Assembly (NCBI GenBank): GCA_963809895.1
Contig: CAWELD010000003.1
Location: forward strand, 2,752,001 to 2,816,000
Direction: 5' to 3'
Source: an uncultured Gemmatimonadales bacterium
GTDB lineage: Bacteria > Gemmatimonadota > Gemmatimonadetes > Longimicrobiales > Gaopeijiaceae
Length of the DNA: 64,000 nt
Notes under the pieces: generated by a model
Told to the model about the DNA's origin: nothing
Databases searched by the model: none
What the model saw: only the letters and a program-made list of their open reading frames with translations
Translations under genes and position numbers: made by a program
Part shown: one piece after another, positions 39,889 to 49,871 of the stretch
Numbering within the stretch: position 1 is the stretch's first letter
Layout: each line of letters starts with the position of its first letter

Positions 39889-40902
39889 TCAGTGTTGCAC
39901 GGCCGCTTCCCAGACCCGGTACGGTCCCTCGTCGGCCACCACCTCCACACGCCGGAAGTCCGACGCCAGAAGCGCCTCCACCGGTAGCCGCCGCTGGACC
40001 ACGAAGCGGAGCACGCCCCGGCCGGCCAGGGCCGCGCGGCTCCCGGCCACCAACGCCTCGACCTCCGCCAGCGTCTCCCGCTTTCCCTGGTGATAGGGGG
40101 GATTGGAGACGATGGCATCGAAACGTCCCGCCGGGGCGTCGGCCCATCCCGCTCCCACCACCACCGTGCCCGCGGGTACGTTCTCGCGCGCGGCCTCGGC
40201 GGCCACCGCGTCGGGTTCCAGCAGGACCACCTCGCTCGCCGGCGACGCATGCAGAACACCCGCGGCCAGGATGCCCGTACCGGCACCGTAGTCCAGGACG
40301 CGAGCGTCATCGCGCAGCGGGGGCAGATTCCGCAGGAGGAGGGCCGTGCCCGCGTCGAGGCGGCCGTGGGCGAACGCCCCCGGATACGAGACCCACCTGG
40401 CGCGGCCCCACGGCGTGTCCAGCTCGAAGACCCCGCGCCAGTCCCGGAGGGCGTCCCGGAGGTCAGGAACCACCTCGGGACGCCGGGCCTCGAGCAGACG
40501 GGCATGGCCGCCCACGGCCAGCGTGGCCACCCGACCCAGCAGCGGCTCAACTCGACGTGCCGCGGATCGGATCCCCTCGTCCTTGGCGCCGTAGAGCCAG
40601 ATCCGACCGCCGGGCCGCACGACGGAGGCCGCCGCGTGCAGGGCCATCTCCATCTCGTCCTTGGCCTTCGGCAGGCGGATGGCGGCCAGTTCGAACGGAC
40701 CCGGGGGTGGCCAGGGTGCGCCGATGCGACCCGGACCCGCACGGCGGTGCCACGACTCGACGGCGCCGCCGCCCCTTCGCACGGCCTGGGCCAGATCGTC
40801 CTGTGGATCCTCGACGACGAGCACGGCGCCCTGCGGCGGCGCCGCCTCGAGCTCGGCCAGCGCCAGCGCCACCGCCGCCTCGTCGCGGGAGATCCGTGCC
40901 AT
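39889..40902 (-). CDS. rsmC: Class I SAM methyltransferase, 16S rRNA m2G1207 RsmC-like
   Basis: RLPKAKDE, G.KDEGIRSA, PGAFAHGRLDAGT.LLL, LDYGAGTG, IVSNPPYH. Confidence 0.75.
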   Translation of the reverse strand: MARISRDEAAVALALAELEAAPPQGAVLVVEDPQDDLAQAVRRGGGAVESWHRRAGPGRIGAPWPPPGPFELAAIRLPKAKDEMEMALHAAASVVRPGGRIWLYGAKDEGIRSAARRVEPLLGRVATLAVGGHARLLEARRPEVVPDLRDALRDWRGVFELDTPWGRARWVSYPGAFAHGRLDAGTALLLRNLPPLRDDARVLDYGAGTGILAAGVLHASPASEVVLLEPDAVAAEAARENVPAGTVVVGAGWADAPAGRFDAIVSNPPYHQGKRETLAEVEALVAGSRAALAGRGVLRFVVQRRLPVEALLASDFRRVEVVADEGPYRVWEAAVQH

Positions 40903-40952
40903 GCGGTCAGCCTCCCGGCCCGGGAACCGTCGGGGGTTCGACCAACACCGTG

Positions 40953-41873
40953 TCAGGCCGAGAGCCTGTCCCCGCCGGGCACGGGGACGGAAGGTCGTAG
41001 AATCTCGCGGGCGATCCCCGTGAGGTTCGCGAGCTGCGCCACGGCGACGAGGGCGGCGAGCGCCAGGCCCCGCATCCTACCGTGGCGCTTGAACGGATGC
41101 CTGAGCATCCGAATGTAGAAGGAGATGGGCTCGGGACGCGGAATGGGCTGGCCACGCGACTGACGGCGACGCGCCAGATGGACGGCGCCCCTGCCGTAGA
41201 GATGATGCTGGCGCAGGAATCGGCCGGGGCCCATGTGGTGCCTGTGATCGAGAACGGCCTCCGGCACGAATCGGAGCGGACCCACCTGCGCAGCCCAGCG
41301 CTCCGACAGATCCCGGTCTTCGGCGGCGCTGAAGCGAAAGCTCTCGTCGAAGCCCCCCAGGCCCCGGAAGAGCTCCCGGCTCATGGCGATGTTGTTCGAC
41401 GTGAAGAACGGCAGCAGTGCATCTGCTTCGGGAAAATAGCCGTAGAGGAATCCCACCAGCTCCTGGCTCGCTTCGGCGAAGAGATTCTCCCCCAGGGCGT
41501 TGCGGGTAATCCCTCCCACCAACGCGCGGGGCTCCGCGTCCAGCGCGGCGACCAACGTCTTGAGCCAGCCCGCCCGGGGCGCACAATCGTCGTCGGTGAA
41601 CGCCAGGATCTGCCCTGAGGCGCGCTCGGCCCCCAGGTTGCGCGCGCATGCGGGGCCGCGATTGCCCTGCCGAATCACACGCACGGCCAGCTCGCGGCAG
41701 TGCTCGTCGCGGGGTGGTTCCACCGGCATCGGACTGCCGTCGTCGACCACGACGATCTCGAGCCTTTCACGGGGATAGTCCAGCCCCGCCAGTGCACGCA
41801 GGCACGCGTGGAGCGCCTCCTGCCGGCCGAAGGTGGGAATGACCACGGAGACACTGGGCCAGTCCTGCCTCAA
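40953..41873 (-). CDS. Glycosyltransferase family 2
   Basis: SVVIPT, VVDDGS, GPACARNLG, FTDDDC, GGFDESF...AED. Confidence 0.9.
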   Translation of the reverse strand: MRQDWPSVSVVIPTFGRQEALHACLRALAGLDYPRERLEIVVVDDGSPMPVEPPRDEHCRELAVRVIRQGNRGPACARNLGAERASGQILAFTDDDCAPRAGWLKTLVAALDAEPRALVGGITRNALGENLFAEASQELVGFLYGYFPEADALLPFFTSNNIAMSRELFRGLGGFDESFRFSAAEDRDLSERWAAQVGPLRFVPEAVLDHRHHMGPGRFLRQHHLYGRGAVHLARRRQSRGQPIPRPEPISFYIRMLRHPFKRHGRMRGLALAALVAVAQLANLTGIAREILRPSVPVPGGDRLSA

Positions 41874-42871
41874 AGGGTGTCCTCCGGCAAGAGAGCCAGC
41901 CGGTCACCCAACCACTCCGCGTCGGGAGGCACGCCGGCCAGGCGCCCGCGGATGTGAAACTCGTGCTCCTCGAAGTCGTCGGTGGGAGGCATGTGGGGCC
42001 AGAGGTAGCCGGCCGCCTCCCCCAACCCACCCATCACGCTCGTGAGCGCGAGCATGGGCGTGATCCGCCCGAGCCGTTCCCGTGTATCGAGCAGCTGCCG
42101 TCCGAGACGGCGGAGGTTCCCGAGGCGCATGAGGGCGATGGCCGGCGCCGCGAGCGCGTAGGCCCAACGACGCCCGCGCGGCCATTCCCTGCTGCGTCGT
42201 TGCCCGAAGAGGAGCCCCAGAACGAAGGGGTCTTTCACGCTCCGCGACCAGCGCGACTCGTTCACGTGCCAGTTCACCGCCCCGGGACAGAGCCTGAGCT
42301 CGTGGCCGGCGGCCCGGAGTGCGGCCTGGAGCCGCCACTCGGCGCCCATGAGGTCGGGCAGCTCGTCGCCGAAAGCCTGCAGGAGATCGGTGCGGTAGAC
42401 CGCGTTGTGGTAGGGAAGCGAGTCCCGCGGCTCGGCGTTTCCCGGGGCTCCCGCGTGTCCGTAGGCCACGAGGTACATGGCCAGGCTGCGCGCAGTCTCG
42501 GGGTTCGCCGAGCGCATGACCGGCGCCACACCCGCCACCGGGTCGTCGAAGCACTCCAGAATACGCTCCAGGGCGTCGGCTTCCGGAAAGGCGTGGTTCT
42601 CGGAGGTGCCCACGAAGGGGGCGCGCGCCTGGAGCACGCCCTGCGCCGCCGCCGTGCCCCGATTCTCGACGCGGTCGACTTCGATGACTCGAAAGGAGTG
42701 GAAGCCGCCGACTTCCGGTGGCGGCGGCTGGGCGCCGTGACCTCGGGCCAGCACCACGATCACCTCCATGGACTCCGCGACCGTCTGATCGGCGAGGTTG
42801 GCGAGGACCGGGCGGCCCTCGGGCAGCCCGCTCCTGAGCGCCAGCACCGTGGTGAGCCGGGGCTCGCTCAT
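41870..42871 (-). CDS. Atypical GT2-like glycosyltransferase
   Basis: GT-A fold start, ENH in place of DXD, C-terminal TM helices. Confidence 0.7.
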   Translation of the reverse strand: MSEPRLTTVLALRSGLPEGRPVLANLADQTVAESMEVIVVLARGHGAQPPPPEVGGFHSFRVIEVDRVENRGTAAAQGVLQARAPFVGTSENHAFPEADALERILECFDDPVAGVAPVMRSANPETARSLAMYLVAYGHAGAPGNAEPRDSLPYHNAVYRTDLLQAFGDELPDLMGAEWRLQAALRAAGHELRLCPGAVNWHVNESRWSRSVKDPFVLGLLFGQRRSREWPRGRRWAYALAAPAIALMRLGNLRRLGRQLLDTRERLGRITPMLALTSVMGGLGEAAGYLWPHMPPTDDFEEHEFHIRGRLAGVPPDAEWLGDRLALLPEDTL

Positions 42872-43866
42872 GGCGTGTCCAGCCGGGCCACGAGGGCAGC
42901 GATCCTGGCATCGCCGAGAGCACGCCCCCCCAGACGTTCACGGATAAAGAACTCCTCGTCCTCCACGAAGGGAAAGCTCGCCCGCGCGCCGGCCACATAG
43001 GACACGGCTTCGCCGAGCGCGTGGAGGGCGGCCCAGCCCCAGATGGTGGCCCACAAGCGCACACCCCGTTCCTTCAGCTCGCCGGGGGCGGTCTTGCCCA
43101 TGAGGTTCGCCGTGATGGGGATGGTGAGCAGGGGCGCCGCCGCGGCGTACGCCAGGCGCTTCGGCAACCCCCAGTCGCTCGCGCGATACCCTCCGTACCG
43201 CCTCCCGCTGGAGTAGGCCAGGCCACGAAACAGGAACCAGGTGGCTTCGTTGATGTGCCGCTTGCGGGGTCGAGGATCGAAGCGCAGCTCCAGGCCTCGC
43301 TGCCGCAACGCACCCTGAAGGAGGCGCTCATCGGCGAGCACACGGCCGAGATCCTCGCCGAAGTCCTGGAGGACGTCCTTGCGATAGGAGCTGTTGTGCA
43401 GGGGCAGCTCCTCGCGGGCCTCGGCAGGCATGGAAGGATGGAAGGGTCCGTAGCCCGCCGCCATGAGGGCAACGCTCAGCAGGGTCTCGGGGTTGGCGTT
43501 GAGGACCGCCGGACCCACGCCGACCCACGGGCCGTCGTGCGCGTCCAGGACCTTCTGCGCCCAATCGGGATCGGGAAAGCAGTGGTTCTCGCTCAACGCC
43601 ACGATAGGTGCAGTCGCCACGTCCACGCCCAGCGCAGCCGCCGCGCCTCGAACTTCGATGGGTCCCGCTTCCACGACCCGGCAGGAGTGGAGGGCGCTCA
43701 CGTCGCCAGCCCCCGGCGCCCCGGCGTCGGCGCTGGGCGCGACCACGACCAGCTCGATGCTCGACGCGATGGTCTGTTCCTCCAGGGCGGCCACGAGCGG
43801 ACGGAGCGTCCGGAAGGTGTCTCGTGTCACCGCCACGACGGACAGGCGCGGAGAGGTCTCGGGCAT
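42868..43866 (-). CDS. Atypical GT2-like glycosyltransferase (paralog of the adjacent gene)
   Basis: LSVVAVT, SENHCFP, ANPET, LPLHNSSYR. Confidence 0.7.
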   Translation of the reverse strand: MPETSPRLSVVAVTRDTFRTLRPLVAALEEQTIASSIELVVVAPSADAGAPGAGDVSALHSCRVVEAGPIEVRGAAAALGVDVATAPIVALSENHCFPDPDWAQKVLDAHDGPWVGVGPAVLNANPETLLSVALMAAGYGPFHPSMPAEAREELPLHNSSYRKDVLQDFGEDLGRVLADERLLQGALRQRGLELRFDPRPRKRHINEATWFLFRGLAYSSGRRYGGYRASDWGLPKRLAYAAAAPLLTIPITANLMGKTAPGELKERGVRLWATIWGWAALHALGEAVSYVAGARASFPFVEDEEFFIRERLGGRALGDARIAALVARLDTP

Positions 43867-45077
43867 CAGCTTCTTCCGGTTGGGCAGGGAGCGTCGACGA
43901 GGGTGCCGTAGAGATCGAGGAACGCATCCGTCATCGTGGCCATCGTGTAGCACGACAGGGCTCGCTCGCGCCCCCGGCGGCCCATGGCACGGAGTCGGTC
44001 GGGATCGGTGAGCAGCGACGTAAGAGCCTCTCCGAGGAGATCGGCGCGGGCCGGAGGCACGAGCACGCCCGTGTCCCCGTCGCGCACGATCTCGGGCTGC
44101 GCTCCCACCGCGCTGGCGACCACCGGGGTGCCCCGAAGCATGGCTTCGACCGTGACGAGGCCGAAGGGCTCGGGCCACACCGAGGGTACCGCCTGCAGCC
44201 ACGCCCGGGAGAGGCGCCGCTGGACGTTCGTACGGGCGAGGTGCCCGGTGAATGTCACCGCTCCCTCGGGGTGAAGCGCCCGAGCCAGCTCCTCGAGGCG
44301 GCCACGCTGCGGGCCGTCGCCGAGGATCCACAGCTCGGCGCCGGGGAGGCGCTCCCTCACCGGTACGAACGCTCGCAGCAGCGTCTCCACACCCTTCTCC
44401 GGAGCCAGACGTCCCGCATACCCCACCACCGGCGTCGGTCCCGGGTCGGCCCGGCACTCGACTTCGGCCACGGCGTGGGGAATGACGGCGTCCACCGGCC
44501 AACCCCCTGCCTCCAGGATGCCGGCGAACGCCCGACTCGGCGCCACGAGGCGGTCGACGGCGGCGCGCCAGCGGTGCAGGAGCCGGAGTTGGATCAGTCG
44601 CGGTACGATGCCCTTGAGGCTGAAACAGCCCGCGCTTCGGCAGCCCATGCCCGCGGGCTGGTCACAGGTCCGTCCGTCGGGAAGGAGCTTCGATCCGCTG
44701 GGGCACACGGGCCGATAGGTGTTGGGCATCCACACCACGGGAAGGTGACCCACCAACGGGAGGATCCAGGGCGACACCTGGGTCTGGATCATGCCGAGCT
44801 GCACGACCTCGGGCCGGAACGCCCGCAGCGTGCGACGCACGGTACGGATCATCGACGGGTTCATCACTTCCCGAAGTGCCCTGGCGGGACCGGTGCCGGC
44901 GGCGAACGTCTCGTCCGCGCGGGATCCCTGCCCCAGATCTCCGGCCACCAGCCGCGCATCGACTCCCCTGGCGCGCAGCGCCTTGCGCAGATCCTGCACC
45001 AGGAACTCCGCCCCACCCTCGAGCCCGGCGTAGTCGTGGACCAGGAGAACACGCCGGACCGCTGGCGCACCGGTCAC
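43866..45077 (-). CDS. Glycosyltransferase family 4
   Basis: GGAE, YAGRLAPEKG, PSVWPEPFGLVTVEAM; Cys-rich insert. Confidence 0.9.
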   Translation of the reverse strand: MTGAPAVRRVLLVHDYAGLEGGAEFLVQDLRKALRARGVDARLVAGDLGQGSRADETFAAGTGPARALREVMNPSMIRTVRRTLRAFRPEVVQLGMIQTQVSPWILPLVGHLPVVWMPNTYRPVCPSGSKLLPDGRTCDQPAGMGCRSAGCFSLKGIVPRLIQLRLLHRWRAAVDRLVAPSRAFAGILEAGGWPVDAVIPHAVAEVECRADPGPTPVVGYAGRLAPEKGVETLLRAFVPVRERLPGAELWILGDGPQRGRLEELARALHPEGAVTFTGHLARTNVQRRLSRAWLQAVPSVWPEPFGLVTVEAMLRGTPVVASAVGAQPEIVRDGDTGVLVPPARADLLGEALTSLLTDPDRLRAMGRRGRERALSCYTMATMTDAFLDLYGTLVDAPCPTGRS

Positions 45078-46156
45078 GAGCCCCCCGGCTCGCGGGTAGA
45101 CTCCACCGTCACCGACACGGGTTCTCCACCCGCCGCCGCCGAGCGGCGGGCCGCCTCGACCACCCTCAGAGCCGTGAGACCATCAAGGGGGTCCGGTCTG
45201 AATTCCCGCCCCGAGGCAGCGGCCTCGCAGAAGGCCTCCAGCGCCGCACCGAACGACGGCTCGTAGCCCGGGGAGCGCAGCAAGCGACGAGGGTCCAGCT
45301 CCTGCAGGGCCCTCAGGCCTCGGCGGAAGCGCTCCAGGGGCTCGGGGGGCCGCCTGACCTCTCTGGGCAGCGCGTCCAGCAGGTCGACCTCGAGCACCCC
45401 GCCCCGCCCCACCAGCGTGAGCTCGTTCGCCTGCGCCCCCGCCGCGAAGGAGACCAGGATCTGGGCGGGCACACCGCCTTCGGTCAACACCTCCAGCGAG
45501 GCGGAATCCTCGGAGGTCCGAAGCGACCGGACCGTGCAGCGCACGCGAGCCACCGGGTCGTCGCCGAGGGCCGCCACCAGATCCACGTGGTGAGAGGCGA
45601 GGTCCAGAAGCACGCCACCCCCGGTCTCGGTGGAGGCGCGCCATCCCTCCAGCTCGTCGGCGGCCCACAGGAACCGCGACTGGATGCCCACCAGGCCACC
45701 GATCTCACCCTCCGCGAGCCGGCGTCTCGCATCGACGAAGATGGGATTCCTGCGGAAGTTGTAGCCCGTGCCCCCGGTGGTGCCGGCACGGCGCCAGGCC
45801 TCGACGATGGCCTGACCATCCACCACCGAGGCCGCCAGGGGCTTCTCCACGTAGACGTGCTTGCCCGCGGCGAAGGCCTGGCATGCCGCCTGGCGGTGCG
45901 CGCCCGACGGCAACGCCACCAGGACGGCGTCCACGTCGGGATCCGAGAGCAGCCCTTCGATGGATTCGTAGACGCCCACGGCGGGGAAGCGGGCCACCAT
46001 GGCGGCGCGACGTGCGGGGTCCAGGTCCGCGATGGCCACCAGGCGCGCTGCCTCCGACTGCTCCAGCGTCGGCAGGTGGGCGATCTCAGCGATCCAGCCA
46101 CACCCGAGCAGGCCCACGCCGAGAGGCGACCCGTGGGACGATTCCGCGTGCGGCAC
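45074..46156 (-). CDS. Gfo/Idh/MocA NAD-dependent oxidoreductase
   Basis: GCGWIA, GKHVYVEKPLA, GGGVLLDLASHHVD. Confidence 0.92.
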   Translation of the reverse strand: MPHAESSHGSPLGVGLLGCGWIAEIAHLPTLEQSEAARLVAIADLDPARRAAMVARFPAVGVYESIEGLLSDPDVDAVLVALPSGAHRQAACQAFAAGKHVYVEKPLAASVVDGQAIVEAWRRAGTTGGTGYNFRRNPIFVDARRRLAEGEIGGLVGIQSRFLWAADELEGWRASTETGGGVLLDLASHHVDLVAALGDDPVARVRCTVRSLRTSEDSASLEVLTEGGVPAQILVSFAAGAQANELTLVGRGGVLEVDLLDALPREVRRPPEPLERFRRGLRALQELDPRRLLRSPGYEPSFGAALEAFCEAAASGREFRPDPLDGLTALRVVEAARRSAAAGGEPVSVTVESTREPGGS

Positions 46157-46341
46157 GCTGCGCCTCCGGGGCTCGTGGGTGTGGTCAGAAGGGGGATCGG
46201 CTCACCGCTCGCATGATAGACCGCCGGCGAGCGGGCTGGAAAGGACCCACGGGCCGGTGCTTGCAGGCGGTGGCCTCGGGATCGGTGTGCCGACGAGGGC
46301 GCGGGAAGACCGGGACGGGTAGCCCGGCGCCGGGTTCGCCG

Positions 46342-48078
46342 TCACTCGCCCTCGTCCATGACCTCCTGCACCCCGGTACGGCCACGGTCGGCCGGGGGCA
46401 AGGGCCGACGCACGCCCCCGCCCGCGTCCACCGCCACCGGGTCCGCGGGCCGGGCGCGGTGCCATTCGGTCACGGACTGATAGGCCGCCACCAACGACAG
46501 GAGCCGGTCCTCGGCGTACGGCCGGCCTCCGAAGACCGCGCCCACGGGCAGGGGTCCGTCGGGCGTGTCGTGGAAGCCGGTGGGGAACGCCACCAGCGGC
46601 AGCCCGATGATGTCGAAGGGCACCGGCGACGTCTGCACCACCACGTCGCAGCGCGCGAACAGGTCGTCCAGCACGCGCCTGAGTAGGAGCAGCTTGGCGC
46701 GCTGGCCCCGCAGATACTCGGTGCCCGGCAGCAGCAGCCCGTTGATCCACGGCGACAACGACACTCCGAACAGCCGCACGTCGCGCTTGAGGACCTCCAG
46801 GAAGGGCTCGGCCCGTTCCGGCAGGCGCACGTTGTTGAAATCGCCGCCGGTGAGGGTCTCCCAGTCTTCGGGCAGGGGAACCTCCACCACCTCGGCGCCG
46901 AGCTCCCGGAACGTGTCCAGCATGCTCCGCCGGGCCGCCACCTCCGTGCGCCGCCGGCCCATGGCGGCCTCGAAGCGCTGCCGGCGCTCCTGGCTCATCT
47001 CCCCTTCCCCGCCCCCCCGGCCCTGCGGCATCTCCGGCTCGTCCAGGTAGCCCGGGATGACGCCGATGCGCGTGGGCCAGCGCAGGGCCGGCCGGCCGCT
47101 ACGCTCGAAGGGCGTGGCGGCGTCCACGTAGTCGGCCACCGGGGGCAACCCCAGCGTGCGCGGATCGGCGGGATCGGGCCCCGCCATCACCTGGAGCATG
47201 AGGGCGGCGTCCATGGCATCCCGGGCGAGGGGTCCGGGATGGTCCCGGGTGTAGGTCAGGGGGATGATGCCCCGCAGCGACACCCGGCCCATGGTGGGCT
47301 TGAATCCGGTGAGACCCTGCTCTCCCGAGGGATTGGTGATGGAGCCCCCGGTCTGGGTGCCGGTGGCCACCGCGGCCATCCGCAACGCCACCGAGGTCGC
47401 CGAGCCGCTCGACGAGCCACCCGGTGACACCGAAGGGTCGTGGGGTGCCCAGGCGTTGAGCGTGGTGTTGTCTCCGTCGGGCGTGGTGGCGCGTGACGTG
47501 GCCAGCGGACCCATCTGCGTCTTGCCGAGGAGGACGGCGCCCTGGGCTCGGAGCCGGCTCCAGGCGGCGGCGTCGCTCTCCGGCACGAAATCCTCGAAGA
47601 TGTAGGAGTTCGCGGTGGTGCGGACGCCGGCGGTGAAGTAGTTGTCCTTGAGGGCCAGGGGCACGCCCCACAGCGCCCCACGGCCGCGCCGGCCCTCCAT
47701 GGCCCGGGCTACCTCCCGGGCCTGCTCGGCCAGCACGGTGTTGAAGGCCAGCACCACCGGATCCAGCGCCTCGATGCGCGCGAGGTAGGCGTCCACCAGC
47801 TCCAGGGGCGAGAGGCTCCCGTCGCGGATGAGCGCGGCGGCCTCGGCCACGGTGAGGTTGGCCGGGTCGGTGACCTGCACGCGGCCGATCCGGGGAATCC
47901 GCACGGGGGGCGCCGGCGCCATCTCCAGTGCGGCAGCGCCCGTGGGGGTGCCGAGCGAGGCGAGCCCACCGGTCGAAGCGGCAGCCGTGATGGCGGTCAT
48001 GCGCCGGAGAAAGTCCCGCCGGTCCACCCGCTCGTCGGTGGGAGGCGCCGGCACGCCCCCCCGGCCCTCGCGGCTCAC
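46342..48078 (-). CDS. Tat-exported amidase-signature family enzyme
   Basis: DRRDFL twin-arginine motif; GVPLALKDN, PGGSSSGS, GTQTGGSI (Lys-cisSer-Ser triad). Confidence 0.88.
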   Translation of the reverse strand: MSREGRGGVPAPPTDERVDRRDFLRRMTAITAAASTGGLASLGTPTGAAALEMAPAPPVRIPRIGRVQVTDPANLTVAEAAALIRDGSLSPLELVDAYLARIEALDPVVLAFNTVLAEQAREVARAMEGRRGRGALWGVPLALKDNYFTAGVRTTANSYIFEDFVPESDAAAWSRLRAQGAVLLGKTQMGPLATSRATTPDGDNTTLNAWAPHDPSVSPGGSSSGSATSVALRMAAVATGTQTGGSITNPSGEQGLTGFKPTMGRVSLRGIIPLTYTRDHPGPLARDAMDAALMLQVMAGPDPADPRTLGLPPVADYVDAATPFERSGRPALRWPTRIGVIPGYLDEPEMPQGRGGGEGEMSQERRQRFEAAMGRRRTEVAARRSMLDTFRELGAEVVEVPLPEDWETLTGGDFNNVRLPERAEPFLEVLKRDVRLFGVSLSPWINGLLLPGTEYLRGQRAKLLLLRRVLDDLFARCDVVVQTSPVPFDIIGLPLVAFPTGFHDTPDGPLPVGAVFGGRPYAEDRLLSLVAAYQSVTEWHRARPADPVAVDAGGGVRRPLPPADRGRTGVQEVMDEGE

Positions 48079-48338
48079 GGCGTCTCTCCGGTGCGACCCG
48101 ACCATTCTCCGGGATACAGGAGCGGAGGTACGTCCTGGACGTCCATGACGAACGACGAGATCGTGCCCGGCGTGGATCGCAGGAACCGCCGCGCCGACGC
48201 CAGGATGCGTCGCTGGTCGGCGGGAGCATCGGAATCGTCTTCCGGAAGGACCGTCAGGTCCACTCCCAGCAGCTCCAGGCGGGCGAGAATGTGGGCGTCG
48301 AGCTCGTCGTCGCTGAGCTCCTGTGGCGTGCGGGGCAT
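48075..48338 (-). CDS. Small 87-aa protein translationally coupled to the amidase
   Basis: GGAGG RBS, 4-nt overlap with the amidase GTG; helical with VPPLLYP tail. Confidence 0.7.
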   Translation of the reverse strand: MPRTPQELSDDELDAHILARLELLGVDLTVLPEDDSDAPADQRRILASARRFLRSTPGTISSFVMDVQDVPPLLYPGEWSGRTGETP

Positions 48339-48467
48339 GCCGTTCCTCCGTGCGAATGACCGGTCCGAGCCGGCGAAATAGCGGCTGCGTGTCCGCAGGG
48401 CAACCGGCGGCGGGAAGGGCTTGCCCCGGCCCGTGCCGTGCGCCATCCATCAGCACCCTCGCCAATC

Positions 48468-49583
48468 ATGCACCCGGGAGCCGCCGTGACCCTCCGCATC
48501 GCAGCCCACAACGGCGCTCCGGAATGGGGTGGGGGCGAAATCGCCGTTTCGCGGCTCCTGGCAGGCCTCCAGACCCGGGGGCACCGGGTCCGCTTCTTCT
48601 GCGCCCGCGACCTGGTGGCGGAGCGCGCCCGGGACTTCGGGCTCGACACGGCGCCTCTGCACGTGGGAGGAGACGTGGCGCTGCATCACGGCCTGCGCGT
48701 GGCTCGCGCACTGCGTGACTTCCGCGCCGACGTTCTCCTGGTGGGCACCTTTCGCAAGCTTCTGCACCTGACCGTGGGCGCGCGCCTGGCGGGAGTGCCC
48801 GTCGTGGTCCGCATCGGGCTGGCCACCGACCTGCCCCGCAACGCCAAGTACCGCTTCCTGGCGCGGCGCTGGATCGACCGCGTGGTGGTGAGCAGCGAGG
48901 ACGTGCGTCGAGGCTGGCTGGACGCCGTGCCCGGCCTGGATCCAGGAATCCTGGCCCTCGTACCCAAGGGCGTCGACGTTCCTCCGTCGCCGGGCCGCGA
49001 CCTGGCCCGTAGCACGCTGGGCGTGTCGCCGGACGCGGTGGTGGTCGGATCACTGGCGCGGCTGGTGGAGCAGAAGCGCCTGGACCGTTTCGTGGACGCG
49101 GTGGCGCGCCTGCCCGCGCCCGTCAGCGGTCTCGTGGCCGGAGACGGACCCCTGCGCACCGCTCTCGAAGAACGGGCTCGCGCCGCCGCTGCGGACGTGC
49201 GCTTCCTGGGCCACGTCGACGACGTGGGCCGCTTCCTGGCCGCCCTGGACCTCCTCCTCGTCACGTCGGACCGAGAGGGCCTCGCCAATGCCATGCTCGA
49301 GGCCCTGGCCGCGGGCGTGCCGGTGGTGTCAACCCCGGTGAGCGGAGCTCCCCAGGCCCTCGCCGCGGGCGACGGCACCCCTGCGCCCGGCATCGTCACC
49401 GAGGGCTGGAGCGTGGACGACATCGTGCAGGCCGTCCGCCACATGCTGGACGACCCGGAGCTCCTGAAGGCCCGCGGCCGGGCGGCGAGCCGCCGCGGCC
49501 GCGAGCGCTTCGGCATGGAGGCCATGATCTCGGCCTGGGAAGAGGTGTTGCGGGACGCGGCCCTCAGTCGGCGGCCACGCTGA
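48468..49583 (+). CDS. Glycosyltransferase family 4
   Basis: WGGGE, ARLVEQKR, SDREGLANAMLEALAAG. Confidence 0.9.
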   Translation: MHPGAAVTLRIAAHNGAPEWGGGEIAVSRLLAGLQTRGHRVRFFCARDLVAERARDFGLDTAPLHVGGDVALHHGLRVARALRDFRADVLLVGTFRKLLHLTVGARLAGVPVVVRIGLATDLPRNAKYRFLARRWIDRVVVSSEDVRRGWLDAVPGLDPGILALVPKGVDVPPSPGRDLARSTLGVSPDAVVVGSLARLVEQKRLDRFVDAVARLPAPVSGLVAGDGPLRTALEERARAAAADVRFLGHVDDVGRFLAALDLLLVTSDREGLANAMLEALAAGVPVVSTPVSGAPQALAAGDGTPAPGIVTEGWSVDDIVQAVRHMLDDPELLKARGRAASRRGRERFGMEAMISAWEEVLRDAALSRRPR

Positions 49584-49833
49584 CCGCCCGCAACCTGGCG
49601 CGGCCCAGGGCGGTGATCCGGAGATCGGGGTGGCCGGGAATGGCCGTGCCCTCGACGCGCTCCACCTCGCCTTCCTCCACCATGGTCTCCACCAGATGGC
49701 GCACCAGTGGTCGTGTCACCGGCCACCGTCGCGGCAGCTCGCTCATCGTCATGGGTCCGGCTATCTCCAGCGCCGCCAGGATGCGCGCCCTCGCCGTCTC
49801 TACCAGAACGGCCCCACTCGCACTCAATCGCAT
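49564..49833 (-). CDS. Small winged-helix (MarR-like) protein
   Basis: ILAAL...GPMTMSEL...V...V..M.EEG.VER...ITALGR; GAGGAGG upstream. Confidence 0.6.
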   Translation of the reverse strand: MRLSASGAVLVETARARILAALEIAGPMTMSELPRRWPVTRPLVRHLVETMVEEGEVERVEGTAIPGHPDLRITALGRARLRAVSVAAD

Positions 49834-49871
49834 GATCGCTTCCCTCCTCGGGGGTGATTCGGATCCGTTTG

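Noticed and set aside
46342..48078. Amidase as gatA
   Set aside because: Has a Tat signal, no gatB is adjacent and the C-terminal half is divergent
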